Below are positions 59,628-64,000 of a DNA stretch of 64,000 nucleotides, one piece after another (positions within the stretch are counted from its first letter, which is position 1; every line of letters begins with the position of its first letter). This DNA comes from Ascoidea asiatica JCM 7603 (lineage: Eukaryota; Fungi; Ascomycota). The DNA lies in contig BCKQ01000001.1 of assembly GCA_001600695.1 (NCBI GenBank), forward strand, positions 2,166,768 to 2,230,767, read 5' to 3'. The notes under the pieces are model-generated. The model was not told the origin of the DNA. It searched no databases and saw only the letters and a list, made by a program, of their open reading frames with translations. The translations under genes and the position numbers were made by a program.

Positions 59628-61394
59628 TCAAAGAATTGTACAACAGGAAGTATCTTTCTTTTTTGGAGGTTCGTGTGTTTCAGAGACAGTATTTGGTTTA
59701 TAATATTCAGAAGCACCGTATGCAAAAGAAGTATCAGGTTCTTCTTTGATTGGATTAGAAACAGCTGAAATACTTTCATTTTTTCTATGAGAATGTTTCA
59801 TTCTATGAAGAGAAATTGAAGAAGGACGTAAACTTGAAAGATTATTTAGTCGATGAACATTTGAAATATTAGAAGCATTATCAGTTGAAATACTTTGAGA
59901 AGATAAATTATTTTTAACATTTAAATAAGGTTTTGAGAATTTTTTCCTTATTGCATTTTTTTTTTGATTTTGAACCAGTTTTTTAAATTCACCTTCAGTT
60001 ATTTTATTCAAAGCAGTTGATAAAGCTAAATTAAAAACTTTTTTAACATTTTTCATTGTTTTTGCAGAACATTGAATATGACCAACAGAACCAATTTCTT
60101 TTGAAATTTCTTTAATTAAATTCAGATCTAATTTTTTTTTTGATTTTTTAAAAGATTCATCATCATATAAATCTAATTTCAAACCAACTAAAATTATTGG
60201 AATACCTGGACAAAAATGTTTAACTTCAGGATTCCAACTTTCTCTAATATTTGTTAAACTTACAATTGAATCAACACTATAACAAACTAAAATTATATCA
60301 GCATCAGGATAAGATAAAGGTCTTAATCTATCATATTCTTCTTGACCAGCAGTATCCCATAAAGCTAATTCAATAGTTTCATTAGTCATTGGATATTTTA
60401 CATGAGTTACATAATTTTCAAAAACAGTTGGTACATAAACAGTTGGAAATTTACCTTGAGAATAACTAATTAATAAACAAGTTTTACCACAACCTCCATC
60501 ACCAACAACAACAATTTTTACATGATAATTTGGACCCATTCTATTAACTAAATTTGATTTTGAATAATTTTGTAAAGAACCTAATTGAAAATCAGGTAAA
60601 TCAGAAAATGAAGCAGCTAAAGAAACTGAACTTTTATTATTATGACTTACAGATAATAAAGCATTTCCAGAAATGTTCATTTTTGGAGGAGCATTTAATT
60701 TTGGAGTATTAATTGGAGTATTTAAAGATGAAATATTTATTGAATTATTTGTATTTGTATTTGTGTTTGAGCTATTATTTATGCTCGTTATATTATTGTT
60801 ATTATTGTTATTATTATTGTTATTATTGTTATTATTATTGTTATTATTATTGTTATTATTATTATTATTGGTATTATTATTCATATTTTCATTATTAATA
60901 TTACTTATATTTATATTATTGTTATTATTGTTATTATTTATAGTATCGTTATTATTTATATTATTTACATCAGTTATATTTAAGTTTGGGGTATTAAGAA
61001 TAATTTGATTAGTTGAAAGACTTGTTTTTGATTGATTTATATTATCATTAATATATGGAGAAGTTATTATATCAGGAGTTCCAAGTCGATGAAATTCATT
61101 GAATGAATTAACTTCAGGCAGTTGAGGAATTGAAGGAACATAATTTGAAGATTGTTGTTGTTGTTGTTGCTGTTGCTGTTGTTGTTGTTGTTGATACTGT
61201 TGTCTTTGAGAATATAATTCAGCATCTAACATATAAGATTTTCTTCTTAAAGCTTGATCATAAGGAGTTTCATAAGCTCCATCATCATCATTTCTTGCAA
61301 TTAAAGTTGGTTCAGAGAATTCTGGAGTAGTATCAGTTTTTCTTATTAAATTTATTTTTGAGGTTGAAAGCCTTTTCATCATAGCTTTTGACAT
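59628..61394 (-). CDS. RHO4: Rho-family GTPase with long N- and C-terminal extensions
   Basis: Motifs VVVGDGGCGKT, YVPTVFENY, LWDTAGQEEYDRLRPLSY and CSAK, and CAAX end CCTIL. The long N-terminal extension fits Rho4. Confidence 0.85.
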   Translation of the reverse strand: MSKAMMKRLSTSKINLIRKTDTTPEFSEPTLIARNDDDGAYETPYDQALRRKSYMLDAELYSQRQQYQQQQQQQQQQQQQQSSNYVPSIPQLPEVNSFNEFHRLGTPDIITSPYINDNINQSKTSLSTNQIILNTPNLNITDVNNINNNDTINNNNNNNNINISNINNENMNNNTNNNNNNNNNNNNNNNNNNNNNNNNNNITSINNSSNTNTNTNNSINISSLNTPINTPKLNAPPKMNISGNALLSVSHNNKSSVSLAASFSDLPDFQLGSLQNYSKSNLVNRMGPNYHVKIVVVGDGGCGKTCLLISYSQGKFPTVYVPTVFENYVTHVKYPMTNETIELALWDTAGQEEYDRLRPLSYPDADIILVCYSVDSIVSLTNIRESWNPEVKHFCPGIPIILVGLKLDLYDDESFKKSKKKLDLNLIKEISKEIGSVGHIQCSAKTMKNVKKVFNLALSTALNKITEGEFKKLVQNQKKNAIRKKFSKPYLNVKNNLSSQSISTDNASNISNVHRLNNLSSLRPSSISLHRMKHSHRKNESISAVSNPIKEEPDTSFAYGASEYYKPNTVSETHEPPKKKDTSCCTIL

Positions 61395-62891
61395 AATGAT
61401 TAATAAATAAAATTGATTAATTTATGAATATGAATGTATTAATATGAAAATTTTTGAGTTCAATTATTATTGTGTAAAATATATTATAGGTTAATAATTA
61501 GTAATTATTTGATTGAAATGAATTGGAATGATTTGACTTGCTAAAGTGATGAATAATAATTGGTTAATGTTGGGATTAGGATATATGAATAGGATGATTT
61601 TTTTTGAGAAGATGGAAATGAGATCAAAAAAGGGTAATAAGCATTTAATACTGCTTGCTCTTGATAATAATTAAACAACAGAATAAAATAATATAATATA
61701 ATATAATAATAGTGTAATAATTAATATCAGATACAATGAATTAAATGAATAGCAAAGGTACTTTTACTATGAAATTGGATAATTAAAATATTGTAATAAT
61801 GAATATTAATAGAGTATTAAAGGTGTAGATTCTGGTGGTGGAAAGAATCAATTGATTGTGCCTACGGTTTAGTATGCGAAATACCTAAATTCATTACCTA
61901 ATGCAATAACACTACTAAAATGAATGAATCAATCAATCAGTCAATGTTGGCATTCATTCATTCAGTACGATTACGATTAAATGCTGATTCAATAAATAAA
62001 TAAATAAAATGTTAATAAATAAGTAGCAGTGATTCAATATTGTTATGAATAATACTGCTATTGTAAATACTATTGATATTTACAATACCATTTATTCAAT
62101 TCCAAGTACCGCACCGTAGATATGCCGCTGTTTGTAACGTTACGCAACTCCTTCGGTTACTCATATTCCTGATCTCACGCAGTTTTGCTCCAAAGCCCCC
62201 GGAATCAGCTGCCAAAGCCGGGCCTGCGTGACACACGTCCGGACAATGCATCTGCTAATGGCGGGAAAAGTTGGTGAGATCCGCCTGTCCCTGCACTTGT
62301 TTTTACTACTCATTGTCCTTTATAAGTAGGCAAACTGTCCTTACTTAAGATTTATCTAAATTGTTTAAATAGCACGTGATATTATTAATACTTTTTGACG
62401 TACTTACTGCGGCTATGCATTGATGTACACTTTGAAATGCATTCCACCCATAACCATGAATCTAATTTTTTTGAGCCCTAGTATTTTAAAAAAGTGGAGA
62501 ACTAGTACCACAATATTGGACTCTAGGGCTCCTTTGATGGCTTTTGACAATTTTCCGTGGTAACAAATATCCGTGGTTTCACTAAAACCCCACCAGCTTC
62601 ATTGAAGCTAGATCCTTGTCAGCTGATCCGTGGTGATGGTGACCAATTGAAACGCTCATTAATTTGATTATACTGATAAAACTATCAATATTAATATTAT
62701 TACTACTGTATTATTATTATATTGATAAATACTACTAATATTGATTATTATTCAATTCGAGTTTTTATTCAAAATACTTTAAATTATTTTTGAATAATAA
62801 TTACAATTAGTAGCATTATTTCATTTTTAAATCAGCTTCAATTCAGCTGGGACTTTTAAAAGGAATTGGTTCAAATAAAATTTTATGAAAA

Positions 62892-63812
62892 ATGTTATCT
62901 TCAAATTTGATTAAAAATTCTATCATTATATCAAAAAAGTCTTCTTTGAGGATAGGCTCAAGTTTATTACAAAATTCCAATAAACATATTAATAGTAATA
63001 ACAAAAATAATAGTAGTAGTAAATTTTTTTCAACTTCAATTACAAAATTAAATAAAAGTAGTGAAACTACTGATTCTTTACCAAATCTTAGTTCTTTACC
63101 ACGTAATGTTCCAAAAGAAATCAATGTACCTATAGTTAATCCAGCTGATAAATATAAAGAACAAGTTGAAGATTTACATAAATTTGGTCAATATATTATG
63201 AGTTGTTTACCAAAATTTGTTCAAAAATTTTCTGTTTGGAAAGATGAATTAGTAATATATGTTGCTCCAACTTCTTTAATTCCATTAATGCAATTTTTAA
63301 AAAATCACACTTCTTGTCAATTTAAATCTGTAATGGATGTAACTGCTGCTGATTATCCAACAAGAGTTAATAGATTTGATCTTGTTTATAATATGCTTTC
63401 TGTTAAATTTAATTCAAGAATTAGAGTAAAAACTTATGCTTCAGAATTAACTCCTGTACCAAGTATTGTACCTTTATTTGAAGGTGCAAATTGGTATGAA
63501 AGAGAAACTTATGATTTATATGGAGTTTTCTTTGAAGGTCATCCTGATTTAAGAAGAATTTTAACTGATTATGGTTTTGAAGGTCATCCATTAAGAAAAG
63601 ATTTCCCAACAACTGGTTATACTGAAGTTAGATATGATGAAGAAAAAAAGAGAATTGTTTATGAACCTTTAGAATTAACTCAAGCTTTTAGAAATTTTTC
63701 TGTTGGTAGTTCTGTATGGGAACAAGTTGGTAATGGTAAAGATTATACTCCTGAAGATTTTAAATTTCCAATTCCTGAACCTGATCCAATTCCTGAAGAA
63801 CCAAAAAAATAA
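62892..63812 (+). CDS. NUGM: NADH:ubiquinone oxidoreductase 30 kDa subunit (NDUFS3/NUGM)
   Basis: Motifs [22 protein letters not shown] and [23 protein letters not shown]; presequence-like N-terminus. Confidence 0.95.
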   Translation: MLSSNLIKNSIIISKKSSLRIGSSLLQNSNKHINSNNKNNSSSKFFSTSITKLNKSSETTDSLPNLSSLPRNVPKEINVPIVNPADKYKEQVEDLHKFGQYIMSCLPKFVQKFSVWKDELVIYVAPTSLIPLMQFLKNHTSCQFKSVMDVTAADYPTRVNRFDLVYNMLSVKFNSRIRVKTYASELTPVPSIVPLFEGANWYERETYDLYGVFFEGHPDLRRILTDYGFEGHPLRKDFPTTGYTEVRYDEEKKRIVYEPLELTQAFRNFSVGSSVWEQVGNGKDYTPEDFKFPIPEPDPIPEEPKK

Positions 63813-64000
63813 TAATTTTATATTTTATTAATACTATTAATTAATTTTTTACATATTCTATTCAATTTACGTTTTTTTTGTAATCTTTTTTTTTAAAAAA
63901 ACTTTTTTACAATTTAACTCATACAATATATCATAACATCTCTTCATATTCAAAAAAAGAAGAAATAAAGAAACAAGAAAAAAAAAAAAAAGAAAAAAAA

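Overview
Very AT-rich budding-yeast (Saccharomycotina) chromosomal DNA. It has a respiratory complex I subunit, several spliceosomal introns with relaxed branch points, and many poly-Asn (AAT) tracts. About 23 protein-coding genes are recognisable: MAM3 (partial), PRS5, an S. pombe Cdc14/SIN-type gene, RIT1, a DPI8-like gene, a diverged PMA H+-ATPase, PTI1, SRO9/SLF1, two tandem VHC1 paralogues, FMP52, YRA1 (4 exons), MVD1 (2 exons), ARK1/PRK1, MDJ2 (3 exons), PFA3, HDA1, a VCX1-like gene, an agmatinase/guanidinobutyrase, UGA2, CWC21, a SPA2-like gene, RHO4 and the complex I 30 kDa subunit. The most striking non-coding signal is a gene-free stretch of about 1.8 kb (ca. 9045-10875, + strand). 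By hand it folds into several long G.U-rich arms and carries a P3-like internal loop, a template-like segment with 5-nt terminal repeats and an Sm-like site, so it is a candidate telomerase RNA. Also notable are a 1462-nt YRA1 intron that zips into a nested long-range hairpin, a 185-nt fold-back element downstream of DPI8, and a divergent ureohydrolase/UGA2 pair. All structures were found by eye and none was computed. No tRNA, rRNA, CRISPR array or autonomous transposon was found.
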